Positions 49,693 through 62,597 of a stretch of 64,000 bases of DNA are shown piece by piece. This stretch comes from Cetorhinus maximus (Eukaryota). How positions within the stretch are numbered: position 1 is the stretch's first letter; each line of letters starts with the position of its first letter. A program made the translations under genes and the position numbers. The notes beneath the pieces are model-generated. The model had not been told where the DNA came from. It did no database searches and saw nothing but the letters and a program-made list of their open reading frames with translations. Where the stretch lies: contig NC_135887.1 of assembly GCF_964194155.1 (NCBI RefSeq), forward strand, positions 63,798,001-63,862,000. Direction: 5' to 3'.

Positions 49693-51692
49693 AACAAAGG
49701 CATACCAAATTGCAAAGGTCAGTGGCAGGCTGGAAGATTGGGAAAGTTTTAAAGATCAACAAAGGGTTACTAAAAAAATAATAAAAAGAGCAAAGGTAAA
49801 TTATGAAAGAAAACTAGCGCAAAATGTAAAAACTGATAGCCAAAGCTTATACAAGTATATAAAAGGAAAGAGAGTAGCTAAAGTGAATGTTGATCCCTTG
49901 GAGAGTGAGACTGCGGAGTTAATAGTGGGGAACACAGAAATGGGAGAGACGCTTAATCAATATTTTGCCTCAGTTTTCACAGTGGAAGACACTTGTACCA
50001 CCCTAATAGTAACAAGTAGTGCAAAGGGTATAGAGAAAGAGGAACTTAGAACAATCACCATCACTAGACAAAAAGCACTGAGTAAACTATTGGGATGAAA
50101 GGGTGACAAGTCCCCAGGACCTGATGGCCTACATCCCAGGATCTTAAAGGAAGTGGCAGTGGAGATGGTGGATGCATTGGCTATAATATTCCAAAATTCT
50201 CTGGACCCTGGAAAGGTTCCAGTGCGTTGAAAAAATGCTAATGTAACGCCCTTATTCAAAAAGGTGGGGGGGAAGCAGAAAGTAGGAAACTATAGACCAG
50301 TTAGTTTAACGTCTGTCATTGGGAAACTGTTGGAATCCATTATTAAGGAAGTAGTAATGGGGCATTTGGAAAGTCAAAATGCAATCCATTAGAGTCAGCA
50401 TGGTTTTATGAAGAGTAAATCGTGTTTGACTATTTTGCTAGAGTTCTTTGAAGATGTGACAAGCAAAGTGGATAATGGGGATCCTGTAGATGTAGCATAT
50501 CTGGACTTTCAGAAGGCCTTTGATAAGGTGCCGCACAAAAGATTAGTACATAAGATAAAATCACACGGAGTTAGGGGTAATATATTAGCTTGGATAGAGG
50601 ATTGGCTAACCAATAGAAAACAGAGAGTCGGGATAAATGAGCTTTTTTTCTGGATGGCAAGCTGTAACTAGTGGGGTGCCACAGGGCTCGGTCCCTGGGC
50701 CCCAACTATTTACAATCTATGTTAATTACTTTGTTAATTCGGGGAAAGAAAGTACTATAGCTAAATATGCAGATGACACCAAAATAGGTGGGAAAGTAAG
50801 TTGCAATGAAGAAATAAATTTACAAATGGATATGGACAGGTTAGGTGAATGGGCCAAAATTTGGCAGATGGAGTTTAACGTGGCTAAGTGTGAGGTTATC
50901 CATTTTGGTCGGAAGAACAAAAAGGCGACTGATTATTTAAATAGAGAGAAACTTCAGAATGCTTCACTGCAGAGGGATCTGGATGTCCTCGTGCATGAAT
51001 CGCTGAAAGCTAGTATACAGGTACAACAGGTAATAAGGAAGGCAAATGGAATTTTGGCATTTATTGCTAAGGGAACAGAGTATATAAATAGGGAAGTATT
51101 GTTGCAACTGTACAAGGCATTGGTGAGACCGCACCTGGAGTACTGTGCACAATTTTGCTCCCCTTACTTGAAGAAGGATGTAGTTGCATTGGAGGCGGTT
51201 CAGAGGAGGTTCACGAGATTGATTCCAGAGATGCGGGGCTTGTCTTATGAGGAGAGATTGAGCAGTTTAGGCCTATACTCGCTAAAGTATAGAAGGATGA
51301 GAGGAGACCTAATTGAGGTATATAAGATGCTAATGGGGATAGACAAAGTAGATGTGGAGCGGATGTTTCTCCTCGTGGGGCATTCTAGACTGAGAGGCCA
51401 AAGTTTTAGGTCAAGGGGTGGTAGATTTAAATCAGAGATGAGGAGGAATTACTTTTCTCAAAGGGTCGTGTGAATCTGTGGAATTCACTACCTCAGAGTG
51501 CAGTGGATGCCGGGACACTGAATAAATTTAAGGAGGAGATAGACAGATTTTTAATTAGTAATGGTTGAAAGGTTATGGGGAGAGGGCGGAAAATTGGAAT
51601 TGAGGCCGAAATGAGATCAGCCATGATCGTATTGAATGGCGGGGCAGGCTCGAGGGGCTGAATTGCATACTCCTGCTCCTAGTTCTTATGTT
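49693..51692 (+). mobile_element. 5'-truncated, comparatively well-preserved CR1 LINE
   Basis: ORFs 49580, 50408 and 50637..51473 (GVPQGSV...KYADDTKIGG...RPHLEYC), followed by the CR1 3' UTR ending TTCTTATGTT. Confidence 0.95.
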
Positions 51693-52214
51693 ATCTCTCT
51701 GTAGGTTGGAAGCCTCTGGTGTAAAACTGGAATCGGTAACTGAGTCATCCTTATTATAGCCATTTTTCAGGACTGGTAGCATTACTCATTGTCCCAGCTG
51801 GTCTCCGCAAGGCTTTCCCACTGTCATTGTGATACATGTTGAAGGTTTGTCCTGGCCATCAAGCTAGATCTGGCTTGTAATGACCCTCCTTATAGGTAAT
51901 GTAGGGACAGACTTGCACACAGACATACAACTGAAATCAGCGAAGCATTTTGGAGAATTGCACCTATCTTCTACCATTCTCTGACAGCATTTGTCACAGG
52001 CTCATTCTGTAACTAATACCCTGCATTCTTAGAGTGTGCCAAACATAGTGAATTGTAATGAGGAATCTGTAGACCAGGAACATGGTTCACCGTCCCTTCT
52101 GAGGTCAGCTGGGAGCATTGAGGCTGATTGAAATATTCCCACACCATGCTAAGTGAAATTGGCACAGAGCAGGGCTTCAACCTGGAAAATCTCCCTCATC
52201 TTTGTAAAGAAAGA

Positions 52215-52587
52215 ACAAACTTACATTTCTACAGCACCTTTCACAACTTCAAGGCATCCCAAAGTGTTTCACAGACAATGAAGTACTTTTGAAGTGTAAC
52301 CATTGTTGTAATATGGAACTGTGGCAGCCAAATTGCGCACAGCAAGACCCTACAAACAGCAATAAGATAACAACCTAATAATCTGTTTTTAGTGATGTTG
52401 GTTGATGGATAAATATTGGCCAGGACACCAGGAAGAACTTCCTTTCTCTTTTTCAAAATAGTGCTATGGAACTTATTCCGTCCACCTGAGAGGACAGATA
52501 GGACATTTGTTTAATGTTTCATCCAACATACAGCATTTTTGAAAATGCAGCACTACCTTAGTATTGTATTGGAGTGTCAGCCTAGTC
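52215..52587 (-). mobile_element. Deu-domain SINE (SacSINE1/AmnSINE1-like)
   Basis: Reverse complement contains GGCTGACACTCCAATACAATACT...GGCCAATATTTATCCATCAACCAACATCACTAAAAACAGATTAT...GCTGTGCGCAATTTGGCTGCC, matching the recalled Deu-SINE core. Confidence 0.75.
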
Positions 52588-52654
52588 TTGGGACATTATT
52601 AATTGGACCATTGAGGATTTTTGTAGGTCTCATCAGTCCATTACCTCACTCTAG

Positions 52655-52837
52655 GTTTTGAAAGTAGCAATCCTGGCCGAGAGGTATGCTGTGGACTACA
52701 CTTGGTATGTCGACACCATCTTGAACTTGATCCGAATTGCTGGTGACTACGTTAGTGAGGAGGTGTGGTATCGAGTCATTCAGATTGTCGTCAATCGCGA
52801 TGATGTGCAGGGTTATGCTGCCAAGACCGTGTTTGAG
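52655..52837 (+). CDS. AP2A2: AP2A2-like exon 11 (GC donor)
   Basis: [61 protein letters not shown]; 183 nt; donor reads GAG|GCAAGT. Confidence 0.95.
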
Positions 52838-53199
52838 GCAAGTCATTATCCAACCCGATGTTGTTCCCTCTTGATGATGATGTATGACAGTGCATATTTC
52901 AGTCATGTATATCAGTCACATAACTTTTCATACATCTCCAGATTTTCAGAGTATAGGTAATGATTTTTTGATGCTGTCTGAACCTGACGTTGGACTATTC
53001 TGACCATCATTCATTGTACTGTGGTATATATCTTCACGAATTTTATGAAATTTTGCCACTATTTTTCCCTTCGCTCCTGAAGACACTGACTCCCACAGTA
53101 CCTCACTCTAGGACTTCCTTCATTTGAGCCCAAAATATGATTGTCGGAAGGACATTTGCTTTGTAGATGACATCATAATTGAGCCCCATTCTGTCCTCA

Positions 53200-53332
53200 C
53201 ACTTAAAACACACAGGCACACACGTGCACACATGCACGTGCGTATACACAGACACACGTACACACACGAACACATGCACAGTCACGTGCGTGCATGAATA
53301 CACACACAATCACGCTCACACACAGACACACT
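53200..53332. repeat. Alternating purine-pyrimidine (CA/CG/TG) simple repeat
   Basis: CACACGTGCACACATGCACGTGCGTATACACA... Confidence 0.75.
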
Positions 53333-54559
53333 TGTTGAACATTGACCCAGAGCAGGGTCCCTGGCTCATTGATCCTAGCTTGGATGCAGAGGGAGTAATT
53401 GAAACACCGAAGCCTTCATCCAGGTGGGATCAGTTAATTGACTGGTCAGAATCTGGTATGTATGCATCAATACTGCACCATGGTCTTTGTCCGCTAGGCA
53501 ATAGCAGGAGCTGTCCTGTTGAAACTCACCGATCACTGTATAATGTTGCCATTTAATCGTTTGTGTTTGAGGGTGATGGGTGCGTGGTAATCATGGGGTC
53601 TGGTAATCATAGTTAAGCTACTACTGTTTATCTTCAGGTTTTTCTCGGGTATATATGATAAAAACAAAACCTAGAACATGATCATATATTCTGTATGAAC
53701 ATCTTCCTATGGGAAATCCCAGAATAAAAATGTCAACTTTTCAGTAATGCTTGACTGTGACTCCACTCTGGCTCTGAGAGGAGTTTTAATTTTAGCGATT
53801 GCCTGTCACATCACACTCCAAGTCTTAATATCGTCATTTCCCCACAAATCATTCACAATGTTTTCTGGGAACATTTAATCTGACAATTTCATTTCACAAT
53901 AACTGAAATTTCTAATGCCCAAAATAAAGTTTTAAACAAAATCATTCAAAAAAATTACAATTTCACAATAATGTGATTAAGTTTTGCATTCAGTTGTCTT
54001 TTAATGCATCCAGCCACAACTGTATATAAAGCATCTTTAATATGGGAAAATATCAAGTGGGTTTACAAAGGTGTATGGAAAACAGACGCTGAGCCAGGTA
54101 AAGTGTATTTTTAATCTACTTTTTAAATGACGTGTCTGATAGGAGTGTACTGATTAAAGGTCTCTTCTTGCTTTTGTGTTCTATAAATGTCAGAAAGTAC
54201 ATTAAGCTGAGTGCCTTTTCCTAATCTTAATGTCAGTTCGTATATCAAAAAAAAAGTTGCGTATTAAAGCAAACAATAAGCATCTAATTATCTCACTAAA
54301 GAGCAAGCTTACCAGTATTTTGTAAATGGTTAGTCATTGGAAGGTTTACTTTTTTTTTAAGAAAACAGCTGTATGGTAAAGACATATTTTAATGTACATT
54401 TTGTAAAATGAACTGAAGTTTGAAATCTATTACAAGCCCTCGACTATATGCCTGTTTTCATTAGTAAGGAGGAAATTCCAGGGTGATTTTATTTGATAGA
54501 AGTGTTTAAAATTATGAAGGGATGAATAGAGTAGATAGAAATGGGCTGTTTCCAATGAC

Positions 54560-55085
54560 TGGAAACCAAATTCATCACCCCATCACCTCTCCCTCATCCA
54601 TGCCTTTGTTACCAATGGCCTTGACTATCCAAATGCTTTCTAGACCAGTCTCTCATCTTCCACATTCTTTAAACTTGAAATCATCTAAAACTCAGTTAAC
54701 CATATCCTAACTTGGACCAAGTCCCATTCATCTATCATCCCTTTGCTTGCAGACCTACATTAGCTTCCAGTTCACCACACCTTGATTTAAAAATTCTCAA
54801 TCTTGAGCTCAAATCCCTCCATTCACTTCCTACCTGTAATCTCCTCCAATCCGAGAACCCTCTGAGAAATCTGCATTCCTCCATGTTAGCCTTTTGTGAA
54901 TCCCTTACTTCCTTCACTCAACCATGGTGGTGTGTCTTCAGCTCGCTAGGCACTAAGCTCTGGAATTCCCTCGTTTAAGACATTCATTTGACCAAGTTTT
55001 TGATCATTTGTCTTAATATTTCCTCTTGTGACCCTGTGTCAATATTTCTTGGATTATTATGAAGTTCTTTGGGACATTGTACTCT
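54560..55085 (+). mobile_element. Old L2-like LINE 3' fragment
   Basis: LKILNLELKSLH...LWNSL in ORF 54712, typical of an L2 ORF2 C-terminus. Confidence 0.55.
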
Positions 55086-55308
55086 GGTAATGCTGCTTGA
55101 TTTAACAATAGTTTAGATGTGTAGTTGGAGGTAAAGAATAAGACAAGGAGAGTGGACACATGGGATTAGGACGACTACTCATGTAGAATAAAGACTGAAA
55201 CAGACTAGTGGAGCTGATGACCAGTTTGTATTGTAATTTTTATGTAATTAAATGTTTAATGTAATTAAATATTGATTCTGGAGATTAATGTGTGTTATTT
55301 TTTGACAG

Positions 55309-55406
55309 GCCCTTCAAGCCCCTGCTTGCCATGAGAACCTCGTGAAAGTGGGTGGATATATCCTGGGAGAGTTTGGAAACCTTGTTGCTGGTGATCCAAG
55401 ATCCAG
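55309..55406 (+). CDS. AP2A2: AP2A2-like exon 12
   Basis: [33 protein letters not shown]; 98 nt; AG/GTTAGT. Confidence 0.96.
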
Positions 55407-56439
55407 GTTAGTTGAATTTGCTGCACTTACTCTCCTTTGGAAAGCTATTTGCTGTGGCATCTCATCTTTGCTTTGTGGTGGACTGTTGTACAGTGACTAC
55501 ATCTGCCAATCAGCAGCTAGTTAGCTGGGCCTGAAATGGTGCATTGAGCTCTTCCTCCCTCAAAATTCTTGCACAAAGGGTGCGATTTGCTGCTCTAGCT
55601 AAGTGCTGTATGTATGTTTTAGTTTTTGCAGCAGACACAGGTCCATTGTGGGCTTTATCTAGTCATTAGATGTAGCAGCACTTGCTGCTTGGCAGGTGTA
55701 CAGTTGCACTGGTAGGATTCAGTGTTCAAGCACAGCGGAACATAGAGTGACTAAAACATTATTCTGTGTGCTGGTACTGTACTTTCAGACGGACCTAATC
55801 TAATAAGTACAATGAATATTAACACTTGAGTACTTATGAAATAATTATGCAATAATAATTTTGCTCCCTTGTGCCCTTGGAGTTTAAAACAAAATTATAT
55901 TCCCATTATAACAATGTTTTTACTTTGCCATTTTTCTTGTGGTACTGTTTCACAATTAATGGGCACCATTCCCAGGTGACTATTCTAGTGAGTGTTACGG
56001 GCTGTTTCACATAGTAGCATCACTGCCAGATTAGATTTTTGTCCTCATTTGGCAAGGGCACATTCCAGGAGGGATTTCTGGACAGGGATCAGGTATAGAA
56101 TCCCTGCAGAATTCCCCTTCCTAGCCCTCTGAGGCCAATTATAGCCCCCAGATTGCAGGCCCAGCTCAGGTCAGCTAACTTGGCCCAATTTGAGAATTGA
56201 ACCTGGGAACTTTCTGGCCCACATGGCTGTGTGACTCACTACCTTTACCAACAGAGAAAAGCTGTGGTCAGTCCTTCGTGATAACAATACATTTGAAATT
56301 CTGTGATAGGTGATTACCTAGAGCTACCAGGCTATATTAAACTGTTAAGAGTGCAGTACTTCTTTCATTACATTAGGAGGGTGTTCCATAATCTGGCTTT
56401 CTTTTATTTCAAACTTGACCTAGTTGGCAACACTTAGCC

Positions 56440-56700
56440 CATATTCACTCCCACTCCACAAACTTGAACACATAATTTAAGCTGACACTTCAGTGTGATA
56501 CTGATGGAATGCTGCACTGTTGGAGCTGTCGTCTTTCAGATAAGATGTGATGATTCATCTGCCCTCTGAAGTGAATGGAAAAGATCCCACAGCACTGGCC
56601 AATATTTATCTGCCCAGTAACAACTAAAACAGATTATCAGGTCTTTTATCTCATTGTTGTTTGTGGGAACTCGCTTCTATTTGGCTGCTTTGTTTCCTGT
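56440..56700 (+). mobile_element. Deu-domain SINE fragment
   Basis: GCTGACACTTCAGTGTGATACTGATGGAATGCTGCACTGTTGGAG...AAAGATCCCA...GGCCAATATTTATC...CTAAAACAGATTATC. Confidence 0.72.
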
Positions 56701-56742
56701 ATGGGTCTTCTGTTGTTGTGAAGCTTTTTTTTTTGCTTTCAG

Positions 56743-56974
56743 CCCTTTAGTACAATTCAATCTGCTACATTCCAAGTTCCACCTGTGCAGCGTGCCCACG
56801 AGAGCCCTCCTCCTTTCCACATATATCAAGTTGATGAACCTGTTTCCTGAGATTAAGTCTACCATTCAAATCGTGCTTCGTAGTGACAGTCAATCGAGGA
56901 ATTCGGATGTAGAGCTGCAGCAGAGGGCAGTGGAATACCTGAGGCTCAGTTCTATAGCAAGCACTGACATCCTG
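56743..56974 (+). CDS. AP2A2: AP2A2-like exon 13 (gene continues beyond window)
   Basis: [77 protein letters not shown]; 232 nt; AG/GTAGGT. No later exon found before 64000. Confidence 0.96.
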
Positions 56975-57529
56975 GTAGGTACAGGAGCTTCAGAGATATC
57001 TGCACTTTGGTGTATCCATGTCTGCGCGACTCTGACCTTCTCTTGCCCCTGTTGTATCTGCGAGACTTACCAGTTCAGGTTTTTAATTTACTGCATCTTG
57101 TCTTTGTGAAGAGCTATTATCAACCTTTTCTAGTTTTCTAGTTCACTCCTTGTCTACTTGTGTGCACATATTGACATGTTGGCTGTCCCTCTGCCTGCCT
57201 TCTCTCTGTCTTGCTTTGCTGACCCAGCATCCTCTCCCTGTTCCCTCTGTCCCTTTCACTGATCTGTGCCATTCCCTCAACTTCTTCCACTGGACCCTGC
57301 TTGGCTCCCTATGCTCCACCCTGCCTCCCTTCTCGACCCCTAATACATTTCCTGAATACATTCAAGATAGTTGGAGCAATATGTTCTAGTTCCAGCACCA
57401 GGGCAGGCTATGCTAGATTTAGTAATGAGCCAGACTGAGATAACCTGCTTAGAGCATTTAACTAACAGTGATCTTGACATGATTAAATTCAATGTGATGG
57501 TGCAAAAATCATGAAAAATGAAGTAAGAC

Positions 57530-58455
57530 CAGCAAAAAATAAGATGAAAAACAATAAAACCAAAGGCCCAGATGAAATAGCCGATCGAGCAAATTAAAAG
57601 TTTAGATAACTTTAGAATAGACAAACAGACTCTCATCTTTAATGAAGTTTATGACTTAAGTAAATGAATATTTATTGTGCTCCCTAAAAAGCCCAGAGCA
57701 ATTGAATGTGAACTCCATCGCACCATCAGCCTGAGTCACATTACTAAGATCCTTCTTCGAGTATTGGTGAAAAGGGTCAGGAGCAAGATAAAACCAGAAA
57801 TCTTAGCTCTTCAATGTGGTTTTGTAGAAGATAGAGGAACGAGAAATGCTATCTTTATGGTATGCATGCTATCAGAAAGAGCCATTGAGATGAAAAAAGA
57901 TGTAACCATGTGTTTTAATGATTGTAGTAAGGTACTTGATAAGATGAAACATGAAGAACTGATGAGCATGTTCAAGTCTCTTGACCTTGGTCACAAAGAT
58001 GTTATAGCCAAAAAAGATGAAAAAAGATGTATGCATGTGTTTTATTGATTGATCATCGTAAGGCACTTGATCAGATGAAACATGAAGAACTAATGAGCAT
58101 TTTCAGGTCTCTTGATCTTGATAGCTAAGATCTTAGAGTGATAAATCTTTATTCGGAACAAGCTGTAGCTGTAAAAGTTGAGAATGATCTAAGCGATTTT
58201 GTGAAGATTAAAAGAGGGATCAGATGGGTGTGTTTTCTCCCCAGATTTATTCAATTTGTATCGTGAAAATATTCTTAGAGAGATTAAAGAACTTCCTGGA
58301 TTATTAGTTGGAAGTTGCAACTTTAATAATATATGTTGATGATACTGCTGTTATTGTGGACTCTGAAGAGAAACTGCAAAAGATTTTGGAGAGAGTAGTG
58401 GGTGAAAATGAGAAGTAAGGGCTGAGCATAAATTGTAAGAAAACAATGTCTAGTG
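57530..58455 (+). mobile_element. RTE-clade LINE RT fragment with an internal tandem duplication
   Basis: LPKKPRAIECELHRTISL...QCGFVEDRGTRNAIF in ORF 57677. Later PDLFNLY and DSEEKLQKIL..GLSINCKKT. Confidence 0.8.
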
Positions 58456-58459
58456 GTTA

Positions 58460-61400
58460 ACATAACATAAGAAATAGGAGCAGGAGTAGGCCATTCGGCC
58501 CCTCAAGCCTGCCCCGCCATTCAATACGATCATGGCTGATTTCCCCCAGGCCTCAACTGCTCTTTCGTGCCAGCTCCTTATAACCCTCAACTCCTCAATA
58601 TTTCAAAAATCGATCCACCTCCTCTTTAAATACTCTGTGATCTAGCCTCGGCAACTCTCTAGGGTAGAGAATTCCAGACATTCACTACCCCCTGAGAGAA
58701 GAAATTTCTTTGCATCTTAGTTTTAAATAAGTGTCCCCTTATTCTGTAACTATGACCCCTAGTTCAAGGTTCCTCCACTAGTGAAAACACCTTCTCAACA
58801 TCGAGCTTGTCAAGCCCCCTCAGAATCTTGTACGTTTCAATAAGATCACCCCTCATTCTTCTAAACTCTAATGAATAAAGGCCTAACCTGTTTAGCCGTT
58901 CTTGATAAGTCAACCCCTTCATCCCAGGAATCAGCTTGGTGAACCTCTTTTGAACTGCCTCCAATGCCAGTATATTCTTTCTTAAATATGGGGACCACAA
59001 CTATACACAGTACTCCAGGTGCTGCCTCACCAACACCCTTTACAGTTGTAACAAGACTTTCCTATTTTTAAACTATGACCACCTAGTAATACAGGCCAAA
59101 ATTCCATTTGCCTTCTTAATTACTTGTTGCACTTGCATGCTAACTTTTTGTGTTTCATGCACAGGAACATCCAGATCCCTCTGTGCTGCACATTTTTGGA
59201 GTCTCTCTCCATTTAAATAATAGTCTGCCTTTTGATTCTTCCTACCAAAGTGCATGACCTCACACTTCCCTACATTAAACTCCATCTGCTAAGTTTTTGC
59301 CCACTCAATCTGTCTATATCCCCATGCAGATTCCTTATGTCCTTATCACAACATGCCCTCCCACCTATTTTTGTATCATCAGCAAGTTTGGATACATTAC
59401 ACTCTGCCCCCTCCTCCAAGTCATTAATATAGATAGGAAATAATTGAGGCCCTAGGACTGATCCTTGTGGCACTCGACTAGTTACGTCTTTCCATCCTGT
59501 AAAAGACCCATTAATCCCGACTCTGTCTTCTGTGTGTTAATGAATCCTCAATCCATGCGCTCCTATCTTGTGCAACAACCAATTTTATGTGGCACATTAT
59601 CGAATGCCTTCTAGAAATCCGAATACACTACATCTACTGATTCCTCTTTATCAACTCTGCTTGTTATATCCTCAAAGAACTCTAGCAAATTTGTCAAACA
59701 TGATTTTCCTTTCACAAAACCATGTTGACTCTGTTTGATTGTATTAAGCTTTTCCAAATAACCTGCTATTTCTTCCTTAATGATGGATTCTAACATTTTC
59801 CCAATGACAGACGTTAGGCTGACTGGCCTATAGTTTCCTGCTTTTTGTCTCCCTCCCTTCTTGAACAGGGGCGTCACAGTAGCAGTTTTCCAATCTGCTG
59901 GGACCCTCCCAGAATCCAGTGAGTTCTGGAATATTCCGATCACTTCCTTTAAAAACCTTGGATGCAGGCCATCGGGACCTGGCAACTTGTCTGCCTTTAG
60001 TCCCATTAGTTTGTCAAATACTTTGCCCCTCGTTGCAGAGTGTTACAAGATCTTTCCTTCCATTAGCTCCTTGATTATCTGATATCTTTGGGACGTTTAT
60101 AGTGTCCTCCATTGTGAAGACCGATGCAAAATATTGGTTTAAATTATCTGCCACTTCCCTGTTCCCCGTTATCAATTCTCCAATCGCATCCTCCAAGGGT
60201 CCCACGCTTTCTTTGGCCACTCGCTTTTTATATACCCGTAGAAGCTCTTGCTGTTTGTTTTTATATTTCTTACCAATTTACTTTCATAATCAATTTTCTC
60301 CCTCTTTATTAGCTTTTTAGTCATCCGTTGCTGGCTCCTAAAAAAATTCCCAATCCTCTGGCCTACCACTAGTTTTCGCCGTTTTGCGTGCCTCAGTGTT
60401 TGTTCAGATACTCTGACACCTATGTTAACCACAGGTGGTTCATCCCTCTCATTGAATTGTTTTTGACCGGGATAAATTTTTGCTGAGCATAATGAAATAC
60501 CCGCTTATATGTTTGCCACTGCTCATCCACTGACCTTCCTCTCAGTCTATTTTCCCAGCTCGCTTTAGATAACTCTTTCTTCATAACTCTGTAATTGTAC
60601 TTATTTAAATTGAGGGCACTGGCTTGAGACCCGAGTTGCTCGCCCTCAAACTGAATTTGAAATTCTACCATGTTGTGATCACTACCCCCTAGAGGATCCT
60701 TAACTGCAATATCTCTTATTAATCCCCCCTCATTACACATTACTAGATCTAAAATAGCCTGTTCCTGGGTAGGTTCTGCAGCGTATTGCTCTAATCCCTG
60801 ATGCACTCTACAAATTCGTCTTCCATGTTAACCCTGCCAATCTGATTTGTCCAGTCAATATGCAGATTAAAATCACCCAGGACAATTGTAGCGCCCTTCT
60901 TACCCACCTCCTTTATTTCCCAATTTATACTTTGTCGAACTGTGAGGCAACTCTTCGGGTGCCTTTAGACAAGCCCCACCCGTGACTTCTTCCCCTTGCT
61001 ATTCCTTATTTCCACCCAACTGATTCCACATCACGATCTATTGCATCTATATCACTACTCACCGCCGCCCTGATACCTTCCTTTATTAACAAAGCTACCC
61101 CATCTCCTTTTCCTTTCTGCCTATTTTTGTGAAATGTCGAATACCCTTGAATATTGAGTTCCCAGTCTTGGTCACCCTGCAACCATGTCTCTGTAATAGC
61201 TATCAAGCCATATTCATTTATTTCTATTTGTGCCGTCAACTCATCTATCTTGTTACAAATACTGCATGCATTTGGATAAAGAGCCTTACGCTTCGACTTT
61301 TTACCATTATTACTCATTCTGGTTCTAACTTCTGCTGCACTCTTCTGCTTATATTTTCTGCCCCTTCCTGTCACACTTTGATTATCATTCGCCTCTTCAC

Positions 61401-62590
61401 TACCCTGCACCTCTGCTCTCTTGTTTCTTTTTGATTTTTTAAACTTCCCTTCAATTGAACCCTCCCCCCCCCACTAATTAGTTTGAAGTTCTATCTACAA
61501 CCCTAGCTGTACAATTCGCCAGGACACTGGTCTCAGCACGGTTCAGATAAAGCCCACCCCAATGGAACAGATCTCTCCTTCCCCAGTACTGGTGTCAGTG
61601 CTCCATGAATCGGAACCCATTTCTCCCACACCAATCTTTGAACCACGCATTTACCTCTCTAATCGTATTTACCCTATGCCACATGGCTCAGGTAGTAATA
61701 TGGAGATTATTACTTTTGTGGTTCTGATTTTTAATTTAGCCCCGAGCTGCTCGTAGTCCCTTAGCAGAACGTCTTTCCTAGCCCTACTTATGTCATTGGT
61801 ACCTATGTGGACCACGACAGCTGGACCCTTCTCCTCCCACTCCCAAGTTCCGCTCCAGCCCAGAAGAGATGTCCTTAACCTTGGCCACTAGGCATCACAG
61901 CCTTTGGGACTCTCTCTTTGCTGCAGAGAACTGTATCTATTCCTCTAACTATGCTATCCCCCATTACTAGTACATTTCTCTTTTCTCCCCCCACTTGAAT
62001 GGCACCCTGTACCACAGTGCTGTGGTCAGTTCGCTCATTCTCCCTGCAGTCTGTGCCCTCGTCAACACCGGGAAAAAGGACCTTGTACCTGTTGAGCGGG
62101 GGCACTAGCTGAGGCTCCTTGAAAGCAAATTCTGGATCCTCATACCTGCCTCACTCGCAGTCACACCCTCGTATCCCTGACCACGGTCCAAATTTGAAGT
62201 AATTAATCTAAGTGGTGTGACTGTCTCCTGAAACACAGTGTCCAGGTAACTCTCCCCCTCCCTGATTTGTCACAGTGCTCGCAGCTGGGATCCCAGCTCA
62301 TCAACCGAGTCAAAGTTCCTCGATCAGGCAGCACTTGCTGCAGATGCGGTCACCCTGGATCGCACCAGCTCGAAGTCCCTCAGCAGAAGAATGTCTTTCC
62401 TAATTCTGTGATTCTGTGATAATCCTCCACCACCTCTCACATGCTACAGGTGCAATACATTGCCTGCCCAGCCATTTCTATTCTATTTAATTAATTAATT
62501 TGGATGTTAAATATTTTAAAAGTGAATTTCTTAACTGTACTCTTCAGCTGTTATAAAGTCTCCTGATTTAAACTACTTGGCCAAGCAAAA
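58460..62590 (-). mobile_element. Near full-length CR1 LINE (ORF1 esterase, ORF2 EN-RT), frameshifted
   Basis: 3' tail at 58460. RT PQGSVLGP/ADDTKIGG (59270-59473). EN IAITETWLQ (61006-61410) and GSDHNMVEF (60420-60806). ORF1 VLVMGDSIVRG (61875-62105). Confidence 0.95.
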
Positions 62591-62597
62591 GAGACAC

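Noticed and set aside
50637-51473. 278-aa RT ORF as an active or domesticated gene
   Set aside because: It is part of a 5'-truncated CR1 with upstream stops and frameshifts.
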